Source of the DNA: Sandaracinaceae bacterium
GTDB taxonomy: Bacteria; Myxococcota_A; Polyangia; Polyangiales; Sandaracinaceae
Reading direction: 5' to 3'
DNA: 24,453 bases
NCBI GenBank assembly: GCA_044220955.1
Contig: JBGAQA010000094.1
Coordinates: 1 to 24,453 of the forward strand
Below, piece after piece: positions 10,099 to 20,398 of this stretch. The translations under genes and the position numbers were made by a program. Under the pieces are notes generated by a model. That model saw only the letters and a program-made list of their open reading frames with translations. It made no database searches and was not told where the DNA came from. Every line of letters begins with the position of its first letter. Positions within the stretch are counted from its first letter, which is position 1.

Positions 10099-10944
10099 TC
10101 AGTCGCCGACGAGCACGCGCGTGGTCGGGACGCCGATCGCCGCCGCGAGCCGCGCGAGGGTCTCGAGGGAGGGCGTGTGCCTTCCCGCCTCGACGCGGGC
10201 GATGTTCGGCCGATGAATGCCGGTGCGTCGCGCCAGCTCGGCTTGCGTGAGCCCCGCCGCGAGGCGCAGCGCGCGCACCCTCGCGCCGAGCCGCGGTCCG
10301 TCGAGGTCGGCCACGACGTCGCCCGTCGCCGAGCTCGTCACGGGACCGGCGAGCAGCTCGCGATCCCGAGCGGCGACGTCCGCCGCCGAGAGCGCGAATC
10401 GAGCGCCACCGGCGAGCTCGACGCGGGCCGTCGTCGCGTCCTCGGCGATCGAGATGCGCTCGACGTCCGAGCCGTCGTCGTCGCTCGCGGCCGGCCGATC
10501 GACGAGCGTAGCGGTGCCGTCCGCGAGGATCGCGAGGAGCGCCGCCCCGCGGGGCGACACGGTGAGGTACTCGAAGCGCGCGGCGCCGCCGGCGCCGACG
10601 CGGCGGGCCAGCGTGGTCGCGACTCGCTCCGCGTCGGCATCGGTGCGGACCACCAGCCCGCTGCAGAGATCGGCCACGAGGTCGTCGAGCTGCGCGAGCC
10701 CGGGCGGCAGCCAGACGGCCGGGTACGCGCCGAGCGCCCGTGCGAGGCCCAGGTGCGCGAGGAGCTCGTCCTCGTCGTAGGCCTGCGCCGCACCGTCGAC
10801 GACCAGGCTGGCGCCCGGGGCGACGCGCTCGGGCAGGCGCTCGGGCGGTACTGCCGTGACCCCCACGCCCAGGCGCTCGAGCAGCGCGCGCCACGTTCCT
10901 TCGAACTCGCTGCGATCCGTGAACAACGTGACGGCTCTCGACAT
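10099..10944 (-). CDS. XRE-family HTH regulator with uncharacterised N-terminal domains
   Basis: C-terminal LGARVRALRLAAGLTQAELARRTGIHRPNIARVEAGRHTPSLETLARLAAAIGV is a Cro/C1 HTH; ATG at 10944. Confidence 0.88.
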   Translation of the reverse strand: MSRAVTLFTDRSEFEGTWRALLERLGVGVTAVPPERLPERVAPGASLVVDGAAQAYDEDELLAHLGLARALGAYPAVWLPPGLAQLDDLVADLCSGLVVRTDADAERVATTLARRVGAGGAARFEYLTVSPRGAALLAILADGTATLVDRPAASDDDGSDVERISIAEDATTARVELAGGARFALSAADVAARDRELLAGPVTSSATGDVVADLDGPRLGARVRALRLAAGLTQAELARRTGIHRPNIARVEAGRHTPSLETLARLAAAIGVPTTRVLVGD

Positions 10945-11108
10945 CGCGGCCTCCCGAGCGAAGACGATGGAGCCACGGATCGCCGCGCGACTCAAGGGCC
11001 GTCACGACCCGTGTCGCGACCGCGAAGCGGCCGCGATGGCGGTCCCGCGACGCGGCCGGCTCCTTGCGCGCGCTCGGGGATCGAAACGCTCGGGTCAGGA
11101 CGCCGAGG

Positions 11109-13247
11109 TCAGTGCGCGATCTCGGCGGCGCCCGATCGGAACGTCACGAAGAAGTGCACCGTCTGCGCGACCGCCGCGTCGACGGGATTCGCGACGACGG
11201 TCGGCGTGGCGAGGGCCTCGAACGGAGGGGCGGGTGGATGCACGATGCTCGCCTGCGAGGAGCGTGTGGAGAGCAGCCCGTGCGTCGCAGGCTCGAACAC
11301 CGTGAGGCCGCGCGTCACCCGTGCGCTGCCGAGGACCAGGTTCGACACGAGCGGAGAGGTCCCCATCGGGAGATCGCTGTAGCGGGGCATGCGTCCCACC
11401 ATCGTGGCGCCGGCGGAGCGCGCGAGCGCCTCGGTCGCCTGGTTCGGCAGCGTCTCGTCGTCGAAGGCCATCTGGAAGAGCACGTCCTTCGGCTGCCCCG
11501 CGAGCACGGGGGCGAACGACATCGAGTCGCCGCGGTCGAGCAGCGTCTGGTAGAGGGCGACCTGGGGCAAGAACCGCGGGGGATCCGCCGCGTAGTCGAT
11601 CGCGTCCGCGTCGAGACCGAGCGCGGGCAGGAGCAGCGGCAGGAACGTGGCGTTGAACGACGAGCTGAACGCCACGAGGTTGGTGAGCTCGCCGCCCGTC
11701 ACGTTCAGCACCGCCGCACCCACGCGCGGCTCACCGGTGACGAACGTCGTGCCGATGATGCCGCCGAGCGAGACGCCGACGAAGCCGATCGGGTCGCCGG
11801 AGAAGCCCACCGTCGTCGGCCCGCCCATCGCGCCGACGGCCGACCAGTCCGAGCGGTCGAGCGCGTTCACGAGCGCCATCAGGTCGACCGCGCTCTGCCG
11901 GAGCGTGTCGCGGGGGTAGGAGGGGTGGAACTCGACGTAGGGCCCCGTCGTGTCCACGACGCCGACGAACGAGACGTAGATCGACGTCCCGCCGACGTCA
12001 CCGTAGAGGTCGGCGCCCGTCGCGCTCCCGAACGCGTGGTGCATGTCGAGCGTGCTCACGTCCGCGCGCATGCCGTGGAAGGGGATGTCGATCGCCGCGA
12101 CCGCGAAGCCCTCCGCGCAGAGCGCGTCCGCGACGGCGAAGAGACCGCTGCGATCGTCCCCGAGCCCGTGCTGGAAGACGACGACGGGCACGTCCGACAC
12201 GTCTCCGGGCGGCAGCGCGACCGTCATCCAGACCGTGCTCGTTCCCTGCACGACGAGCGCCCCGCCCGCGTCGCGGCGGAACGGCCCGTGCCCGAAGGGC
12301 GAGGCCGACACGAAGCTCGGCGAGGGGAAGGTCCCGTCGACGAGCGTGCCGATGTGCGAGTGCTGGACACCGCCCATGACGTCGGTGCCGGGCTCGTCGA
12401 CGACGGGCGTGCCGAGCAGATCGTCGAGCGCCGCGCCGGAGGCGACACGCAGGATCGTGAGCGCCGGCGGATCGGCGCTCCTCACCACCTGACGCGCCTC
12501 GTCGAGCTCCGCCGACACGCCTTGCACGTGGAACACCGCCAGGCCCGCGACGCTGCCCCGCGTCACGGCGGAGGACGCCAGCACCGGCGTGTACTCCATC
12601 CACGCCGTCGCATCGAGGGGCTCGCTCGGACGCGTCATCGCGTCACGGATCGCGGCGAAGCGCGGCGAGGCGGACAGGGGCGAGCCGTCGACGGCGCGCA
12701 CCCCGCTCGTGACGACGGCCGCGTAGGTGCGGCCCTCGCGGAGCGCATGGCCGTACCAGGGCCGCAGCACGATCAGGCGCCGCGCGCCGTCCCAGTGCAC
12801 CTCGACGGGCACGTGGTCGAACGCGCTCGGCGAGGCGCTGCCGACGTCGATGAGGAACACGCTCGCGCTGGACGGGATGGAGTCGGCCGGCGTCGCGGGG
12901 AGCGAGGCCGGATCGATGTCCCCATCGAGCCGGAAGAAGATGCCGGAGCTGGTCCCGAACCCGTCGAGGTCGTGGAAGGCCTCGCGCATCGTCGTGACCA
13001 TCTCGGGCCGCGGCGGCAGCTCCCCGGCCACCTGGGTCCGCTCGCCGGGGAACGCGCCGATCTCGATCGTACCGCTCGCACGGTAGAGGTCGTCCGGAAA
13101 GGGCACCTGCGCGAAGTCGATCGGTCCAGAGGTCGGCTCGAAGACGACGTGGACGGACCCGGCCACGGCCCCGTCCCCGGTCGGCATGGGCGCCGTGTTG
13201 CAGCCAGCGAGCAGGAACAGACCGAGCGCCGAGACGACCGAGCGCAT
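11109..13247 (-). CDS. Lipoprotein alpha/beta-hydrolase (Pla-1/Cef-like extracellular lipase)
   Basis: Lipobox LLAGC; VPFPDDLY and DGFGT N-domain motifs; FQHGLG, AIDIPFHG, nucleophile elbow GVSLGG, candidate Asp (FDDETLPN) and His (ATHGLL). Confidence 0.8.
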   Translation of the reverse strand: MRSVVSALGLFLLAGCNTAPMPTGDGAVAGSVHVVFEPTSGPIDFAQVPFPDDLYRASGTIEIGAFPGERTQVAGELPPRPEMVTTMREAFHDLDGFGTSSGIFFRLDGDIDPASLPATPADSIPSSASVFLIDVGSASPSAFDHVPVEVHWDGARRLIVLRPWYGHALREGRTYAAVVTSGVRAVDGSPLSASPRFAAIRDAMTRPSEPLDATAWMEYTPVLASSAVTRGSVAGLAVFHVQGVSAELDEARQVVRSADPPALTILRVASGAALDDLLGTPVVDEPGTDVMGGVQHSHIGTLVDGTFPSPSFVSASPFGHGPFRRDAGGALVVQGTSTVWMTVALPPGDVSDVPVVVFQHGLGDDRSGLFAVADALCAEGFAVAAIDIPFHGMRADVSTLDMHHAFGSATGADLYGDVGGTSIYVSFVGVVDTTGPYVEFHPSYPRDTLRQSAVDLMALVNALDRSDWSAVGAMGGPTTVGFSGDPIGFVGVSLGGIIGTTFVTGEPRVGAAVLNVTGGELTNLVAFSSSFNATFLPLLLPALGLDADAIDYAADPPRFLPQVALYQTLLDRGDSMSFAPVLAGQPKDVLFQMAFDDETLPNQATEALARSAGATMVGRMPRYSDLPMGTSPLVSNLVLGSARVTRGLTVFEPATHGLLSTRSSQASIVHPPAPPFEALATPTVVANPVDAAVAQTVHFFVTFRSGAAEIAH

Positions 13248-13439
13248 ATGGACAGCGACCTCCGAAGGAAGAAAGGTCACGATCCCATGGGGGCGCGGGT
13301 CCCGCAACGATCACGCGAGCTTTGAAGTTGCCAAGCGTCCGGGTAGACTCGCGGTCGAAAACGCGCTCTGTACGCGTAGAACCCGGGGGCAAGGCCTCCG
13401 CTCAGGTCCATTCCCGCCCCCGAACGTCCGACGAGGCTC

Positions 13440-15443
<2,004 letters not shown>

Positions 15444-15507
15444 TGTTCAGGGGCGCTCCGCCCCGCGCGCTACCGCTCGCCTCGAAGCACGGCCTCCGCA
15501 GCCGGAA

Positions 15508-15852
15508 TCAGTGCTGCTCGGCGGCCTCGTCACAGAACAGGATCGCGCAGTTCTTGCGGTCCGATGCCCTGATCCGGCTGCACAGCTCGACGAGATCGTC
15601 GTCGACGTCGACGACGGCCCCCTCCGTCGCCTTGCCGGTCGACTCGTCGTAGTGGCACTCGCACAGAGCCACCCAGCGCCCGCGGAACTGCGCCGTCCGG
15701 CAGATATCCGTCCAGGTCATCCGGGCGGCGCTGTCGCCGGACTCCGTGACCGTCGGCACGTGGTTCCCTCCCCGTTCTGGAGGCTCGCTGTCGCGCTCCG
15801 TGATCTCGAGGGCGCCTTTGGCTCGCGCGGACCAACTGGACAAGAGACCCAT
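15508..15852 (-). CDS. Small Cys-rich protein, DUF5678-like (alternative start GTG 15759)
   Basis: QFRGRWVAL...GAVVDVDDDLVELC resembles the DUF5678 pattern (Y/F-x-G-x-W-V-A...VV...l.el). Purine-rich RBS-like runs precede both ATG 15852 (AGGAAGGGAG) and GTG 15759 (GGGGAGGG). Confidence 0.65.
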   Translation of the reverse strand: MGLLSSWSARAKGALEITERDSEPPERGGNHVPTVTESGDSAARMTWTDICRTAQFRGRWVALCECHYDESTGKATEGAVVDVDDDLVELCSRIRASDRKNCAILFCDEAAEQH

Positions 15853-15869
15853 CGACGGTCGTGCTCCCT

Positions 15870-16040
15870 TCCTGCCGCCCTGTCGGGCATCCCGCTCACG
15901 CCGTGCGGGGAATACGGCCGCTGTCCTGGCCGTACCGTCCGTGGCAGGGCCCGCTCGCTCGCGGGCTCGGACGTCGTCTGCGTGCGCTTCGTTATCGCGG
16001 TTCGAGGTGGTTGGTTTCGTGAGGTCGGGCCGGAGCCCGT
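15870..16040 (-). ncRNA. Candidate structured RNA (5' leader or sRNA), family unknown
   Basis: Closing stem 15871-76/15943-48 encloses three perfect hairpins; two further hairpins at 15949-15966 and 16026-16039 (c-UCCG-g loop on the minus strand). No match to riboswitch classes I can recall. Confidence 0.35.
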
Positions 16041-16175
16041 TACGTAAGCATCCCGCGCATCGCGGCCCCCCGCCAAGCGAACGGCTGGAGTGTTCCCGAG
16101 CACCTCGTCGAATGCAAGTCGACCTGCTCGTACCACCGCCGAGTACAGTGTCGTTGGATCCAGCCCCGGGGCGTG

Positions 16176-16799
16176 TCAGAGCCCGCCGAGGCCGAGGTCG
16201 CTGCCGGAGGAGGACGACGACGAGCTGCCCGACCCGGAGCTCGAGCTCGAGCCGGAGCCCGAGGGTCCGAGGTCTTCGAGGCCATCGCCGGTGCCCGACG
16301 ACGACCCGGAGGACGAGTCGCCGCTGGATCCGCCCGTCGTCGCGGCGCCCATGTGCGGCTGGCGGCGGCGGTCACGCGCCGCCCGCCAGGGCCCGCCGCC
16401 GGTCTCGTTCTGATCGTGGCCCCACTCGCCGACGATGTAGGAGTCGCCGTCCGCACCGATCTGGAACTGGAAGTAGCCGTGCCCGCGGGTCGTCGTGGGG
16501 CGGCCCATGACGAGCTCGCGCTCCTCGGTCCACTCGAAGCGCATCAGGTCGCCGTTGGCGGTCCCCTGGATCCGGCCGTGCCGCTCGTCCTGGGTGTACT
16601 CGCCGATCACCTGCGCGCCGGTCTGGACCATCTGCATCTCGCCGTACTGGGGCGAGTGCCACACGCCCGTGAACGTCTGGCCGGCCGGCATGGGACCGGG
16701 CGAGACGTGGGCGTGCTGGATGCCGTCGCCGCCACAGCCGGGGGCGAGCGCGAGAGCCAACGAACCGAGGAGCCAGAGACCGGTCGATCGCAGCAGCAT
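16176..16799 (-). CDS. Lipoprotein with small avidin-like beta-barrel and Ser/Gly tail
   Basis: Lipobox LAPGC; FTGVWHS...GEY...GRIQG...RFEW...GHGYF...GEWG...W strand pattern; GGAGG RBS. Confidence 0.75.
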   Translation of the reverse strand: MLLRSTGLWLLGSLALALAPGCGGDGIQHAHVSPGPMPAGQTFTGVWHSPQYGEMQMVQTGAQVIGEYTQDERHGRIQGTANGDLMRFEWTEERELVMGRPTTTRGHGYFQFQIGADGDSYIVGEWGHDQNETGGGPWRAARDRRRQPHMGAATTGGSSGDSSSGSSSGTGDGLEDLGPSGSGSSSSSGSGSSSSSSSGSDLGLGGL

Positions 16800-16858
16800 G
16801 GATCCCTCCGACGCACGGGGACCATAGACGACCTGCGCGCCCGGCCGCAATCGGGACG

Positions 16859-17230
16859 CTACGAGCGGCCCCCTTCGTAGCGGCAGCCCGAGGTGCAGGT
16901 CTCCATCACCTCCACCGCCGAGAGCTCGGGCAGGCCCGGCGCGAGGCGATCCCAGATCCAGCGCGCGAGCACCTCGCTCGTCGGGTTCTCGAGGCCCTCG
17001 ATCTCGTTCAGATAGTAGTGATCGAGCTGCAGCCGCAGCGGCTCGAAGGCGGCCGTGAGGTCCGCGAAGTCGCGCACCCAGCCCTGGCGCGGATCGAGCG
17101 CGCCTCGTGCGCAGATCCGGACGCGATACGAGTGGCCGTGCAGGCGCCCGCACTTGTGGCCCTGTGCGACGTGAGGGAGGCGGTGCGCTGCCTCGAAGGT
17201 GGCTTCCTTCCAGATCTCGTGGCCCGTCAT
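16859..17230 (-). CDS. queD: 6-carboxy-5,6,7,8-tetrahydropterin synthase
   Basis: [45 protein letters not shown]. Confidence 0.96.
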   Translation of the reverse strand: MTGHEIWKEATFEAAHRLPHVAQGHKCGRLHGHSYRVRICARGALDPRQGWVRDFADLTAAFEPLRLQLDHYYLNEIEGLENPTSEVLARWIWDRLAPGLPELSAVEVMETCTSGCRYEGGRS

Positions 17231-17856
17231 CGGATGCCGAGGAGCTTGTGCGTCTGGAGGGAGAGGCGCCAGCGCGGATGGGCCATGCAGAAGGCCGTGG
17301 CTGCCGCCGTGTGCCGCTTGCGCCCGAGACCGTCCATCGGCTGGAGGAAGAAGTGCTCGAACGCGAGGCCCTCGAACGACGCGGGCTCGGCGCCGTGCTG
17401 CGGGAAGACCAGCTTGAGCTCGTGGCCGCTTCGGAGGACGAGCGGCGCGCCCGCCTTGGGGCTCACGCAGATCCAGTCGATCCCCGCCGGCGCCGGGAGC
17501 GTGCCGTTGGTCTCGATGGCGATCTCGAAGCCCTCGGCGTGCAGCGCGGCCACGAGCGGCCCGTCGAGCTGCAGCAGCGGCTCGCCGCCGGTGCAGACGA
17601 CGTAGGGCGCGCCGCCGTCGGGGAACTTCGCGCGGGCCGCGCGCGCGAGCTCGTGGGCCGACTCGAAGCGGCCGCCGCCATCGCCGTCGATGCCGACGAA
17701 GTCCGTGTCGCAGAAGCGGCAGCTCGCCGTCTCGCGCTCGCTCTCGCGACCCGACCAGAGGTTGCAGCCGGCGAAGCGGAGGAAGACCGCCGCCCGGCCC
17801 GTGCGCGCCCCCTCGCCCTGCAGGGTGAAGAACAGCTCCTTGACCGAGTAGCTCAT
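17227..17856 (-). CDS. queE: 7-carboxy-7-deazaguanine synthase (radical SAM, CX14CX2C type)
   Basis: [69 protein letters not shown]. Confidence 0.96.
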   Translation of the reverse strand: MSYSVKELFFTLQGEGARTGRAAVFLRFAGCNLWSGRESERETASCRFCDTDFVGIDGDGGGRFESAHELARAARAKFPDGGAPYVVCTGGEPLLQLDGPLVAALHAEGFEIAIETNGTLPAPAGIDWICVSPKAGAPLVLRSGHELKLVFPQHGAEPASFEGLAFEHFFLQPMDGLGRKRHTAAATAFCMAHPRWRLSLQTHKLLGIR

Positions 17857-18281
17857 CGGACCGCCGCGCGATGCTCGACCATGAGGCAGCGATCCGAGAC
17901 GACGCGGATCCCGGCGTCGGTCAGCGCACGTGCGAACCCTTCGTGCCGGATCCCCTGCTGGAGCCAGACGAGCGGCGGGTGGAGCGCGAGCAGGTCGGGC
18001 AGGTGCGCCTCGAGATCCGCGGGTCGCCGGAAGACGTCGACGAGATCGACGGCGCCCACGGCGCGGAGGTCGCGCACGACCGGGCGCCCGAGGATCTCGG
18101 CGACGTCGGGGAAGTACGTGGGCACCGGTACGATCTCCACGCCCGCGGCCGCGAGGTACGCCGGGACGTAGTACGCGGGCTGCATCGCCTGCGCGCTGGT
18201 CTTGATGCCGAGGACGGCCACCCGCCGCAGAGAGCGCGCGATGGCGCGGATCTCCTCGGGATCCTCGACGAGCGACGGCAC
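17853..18281 (-). CDS. CoA-binding protein (YccU-like)
   Basis: [53 protein letters not shown] start at 18281 inferred; stop overlaps the queE ATG. Confidence 0.88.
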   Translation of the reverse strand: MPSLVEDPEEIRAIARSLRRVAVLGIKTSAQAMQPAYYVPAYLAAAGVEIVPVPTYFPDVAEILGRPVVRDLRAVGAVDLVDVFRRPADLEAHLPDLLALHPPLVWLQQGIRHEGFARALTDAGIRVVSDRCLMVEHRAAVR

Positions 18282-18297
18282 GCGGGAGGGATAGCGC

Positions 18298-18338
18298 AGA
18301 AACGAGGGAGGCGACGCCGGAGCGCCGCCTCCTCCTCG
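18298..18338 (-). terminator. Intrinsic terminator-like hairpin downstream of the cytochrome c gene
   Basis: Minus strand GGAGGCGGCGC-TCCG-GCGTCGCCTCC (11-bp stem, one G-U, UNCG loop), extended by CGAG/CTCG and followed by TTTCT. Confidence 0.55.
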
Positions 18339-18382
18339 AGCCATTCCCGTCCGGGCCCTCCGCGGCGAATCTCCTGTCGTGA

Positions 18383-20320
18383 TCAGAGCGTGCTGAGGAA
18401 GGCGATCATGTCGTCGACCTGCGCCGCCGTCAGGCTCGACGTGTGGCCGTGGCGATCGCCGCCGCTGCAGGTCGCGTCGACGAGGCGCGCGCGCAGCGTC
18501 GGGCACGCGCCGTCGTGCATGAGCGGGGTGCGATACGCCACGCCGATCAGCGAGGGGACCTGGAAGCGGCCGCCCGTGCCGACGTCCATCGTCAGGTTGT
18601 TGGTCATCAGGCCGCCCGAGTGGCACGCGGCGCACTGGGCCTCGCCGAAGAAGAGCTCCTGGCCGCGGGTGACGGCCGCCGAGTCGACGCCCGGCTCGTG
18701 ATCCGGCGGGCGGATGCCGTTGTCGAGCCAGTGCCCGAGCGTGTCGACCTGCGTGCCGCTCAGCTCCGGACCCGACATGCGGCTGGTGAAGACCTGGTGC
18801 ACGAGCACGTGCAGGTCGGTCATGTCGCCGTCCCAGTGGAAGGGCTCGGTGCCCGTCAGCTCACCGTGGAGCGCCGGCGTGCGGCGCGGGCCGATCCCGT
18901 CGAAGCTCCACGTGCGGCCGTCGTCGCCGCCCTCGGGGTGGCACGAGCCGCAGGCGATGAACGCGCCCGAGTTGCCGTGGAACACCGCGTGGCCGGTGTC
19001 GAAGCGCGAGGCGCCGCCGAGCGAGATCGTGCGGCCCATGTACACGAGCGCCGAGGGCTCTCGCTGCTGCACGATGAGGCGGTTCGCTCCGTCGTAAGCG
19101 GCCGCGATCGGGTTCCGGATCGCGAGCGGCGTCACGCCGTCGGACTCGGTCGGCAACGTCGGCCCGATGCAGCCGGCGCCCGAGCCGAGCGCGATGAGCG
19201 TCGCGTCGTAGGTCTGCACCGCCTGGACGCCCGACTCGTTGGCCGCCGCGATGATCGTGAGGCGCGAGCCGTCGCGCGCGAACGCGATGTCGACCGGCAT
19301 GGTGGCGCCGGTGATCGACGCGCCGTCCGAGTGGGAGCCGTCCGGGAAGTAGAACGTGACCGCCGACTGCACGATGCTGGACTCGCCGCAGCCGCCGCCG
19401 CCGCCGCCGTAGCCGCCCGGCGCCGGCTCGACCGGCGTGTCACTCGCCCGCTGGTGGACCGCTGCGATCGTGTGGGCCGTGGACGGGATGCCGCTCGGGT
19501 TGATGCTGGAGCCGGGCACCACGACCGTGCGCCACGCGACCGAGGGCGAGAAGCCCGCCGTCGTGCCGACGCCGCTGCGCGGCCCGTCCCCCTCGAAGAA
19601 GCCGCCGCCGAAGCTCGGGGCGGTGTCGGGCAGCGAGGTCGCGAGCACGGCGCCGCTCGCGCGGTCGACCTCGACGAGGTGCGCGCTGCGGAACGTCGAG
19701 ACGAAGAGCCGGCCGTCGGTCACCACGACGTCGCGCAGGTCGGGCTCGACCTGCACCGTGGAGCGGATGGCGCCGTCCGTGCCGAGCGTGACGAGCGAGC
19801 CGGAGCGGCACGCGACGACCAGCGAGTCGGTCTCGGAGTCGAAGGCGATGCCGCGCGGCATCGCGCACACGTGGTGCCGCTCGCCGCCGGCGACGTCCGC
19901 GGGCGCGAACGAGAAGACGTCGCCCGTCCCGCGCAGCGCGACGTGCACGTGACCGTCGGCGTCCTCGGCCGCGCGGAACGGCTCGGCGCCCGGCGGGAGC
20001 GAGGCGATGCCCGACACCGTGCCCGCGACGAGATCGACCACCACGATGCGGTCGCGATCCGGATCGGAGACGATCGCCGTGTCGCCCGCGCCCGTGACGA
20101 AGAGCGTACCGCCGGTGATCGGCGGCGGAGCGTCGTCGAGCTGCGCGGGCGCGCCGGTCATGACGCGGGGGTCGAGGAACGCCCCGGGCTCGAGCGGACC
20201 CGTCGGGATCGGGTCGAACGGATCGTTGCTCGGGTTCAGGCTCGGGTCGAGGTAGCTCGGCCCCTGACAGCCGGCGAGCGCCGTCGACAGACCCAGCAGC
20301 AGCCATCCACGCTTGCCCAT
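18383..20320 (-). CDS. Lipoprotein: beta-propeller (YVTN/YncE-like) fused to a diheme cytochrome c peroxidase/MauG-like domain
   Basis: Lipobox LAGC; propeller-like blades (VSDPDRDRIVVVD, PRGIAFD, PVDIAF); CGSCH (18938-18952) and CAACH (18620-18634); TPALHG..PFHWDG; VPSLIGVAYRTPLMHDG. Confidence 0.85.
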   Translation of the reverse strand: MGKRGWLLLGLSTALAGCQGPSYLDPSLNPSNDPFDPIPTGPLEPGAFLDPRVMTGAPAQLDDAPPPITGGTLFVTGAGDTAIVSDPDRDRIVVVDLVAGTVSGIASLPPGAEPFRAAEDADGHVHVALRGTGDVFSFAPADVAGGERHHVCAMPRGIAFDSETDSLVVACRSGSLVTLGTDGAIRSTVQVEPDLRDVVVTDGRLFVSTFRSAHLVEVDRASGAVLATSLPDTAPSFGGGFFEGDGPRSGVGTTAGFSPSVAWRTVVVPGSSINPSGIPSTAHTIAAVHQRASDTPVEPAPGGYGGGGGGCGESSIVQSAVTFYFPDGSHSDGASITGATMPVDIAFARDGSRLTIIAAANESGVQAVQTYDATLIALGSGAGCIGPTLPTESDGVTPLAIRNPIAAAYDGANRLIVQQREPSALVYMGRTISLGGASRFDTGHAVFHGNSGAFIACGSCHPEGGDDGRTWSFDGIGPRRTPALHGELTGTEPFHWDGDMTDLHVLVHQVFTSRMSGPELSGTQVDTLGHWLDNGIRPPDHEPGVDSAAVTRGQELFFGEAQCAACHSGGLMTNNLTMDVGTGGRFQVPSLIGVAYRTPLMHDGACPTLRARLVDATCSGGDRHGHTSSLTAAQVDDMIAFLSTL

Positions 20321-20398
20321 CCGTGCACCCTCCGTCACGGCGCGACGCCGGACCATCACTCTATCCCATCCCCCGAGCCGAAGCGCGCGGGAGCGAGG

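Noticed and set aside
9166..10944. XRE + NUDIX as a toxin-antitoxin or NrtR system
   Set aside because: The Nudix protein looks like the NUDT19-like metabolic type with no wHTH, and no recognisable toxin fold is adjacent.
11010..11060. GC hairpins between the lipase and XRE genes
   Set aside because: Imperfect stems without a U-tract, at a level expected by chance at this GC content.
13321..13349. TTGAAG-16bp-TAGACT promoter for the kinase
   Set aside because: Plausible, but the -35 match is weak and spacing suboptimal; not supportable without TSS data.
15871..15948. Cloverleaf as a tRNA gene
   Set aside because: No TTC-containing T-loop, no 7-nt anticodon loop or D-loop GG in the right places, and stem lengths do not fit.
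15717..16136. ORF with EVLGNTPAVRL resembling the cysteine synthase N-terminus (IGNTPLVRL)
   Set aside because: Similarity ends after about 10 residues, there is no PLP-lysine motif, and the rest is low-quality sequence overlapping the hairpin region; chance or at most a tiny relic.
16859..17856. queE/queD as part of a dpd 7-deazaguanine DNA-modification defence island
   Set aside because: No dpdA/tgt-like, helicase or nuclease genes nearby, and no sign of foreign composition or mobility.
18282..18382. preQ1 riboswitch upstream of the que genes
   Set aside because: No preQ1-type stem-loop with an A-rich tail; the hairpin is better explained as the cytochrome gene terminator.
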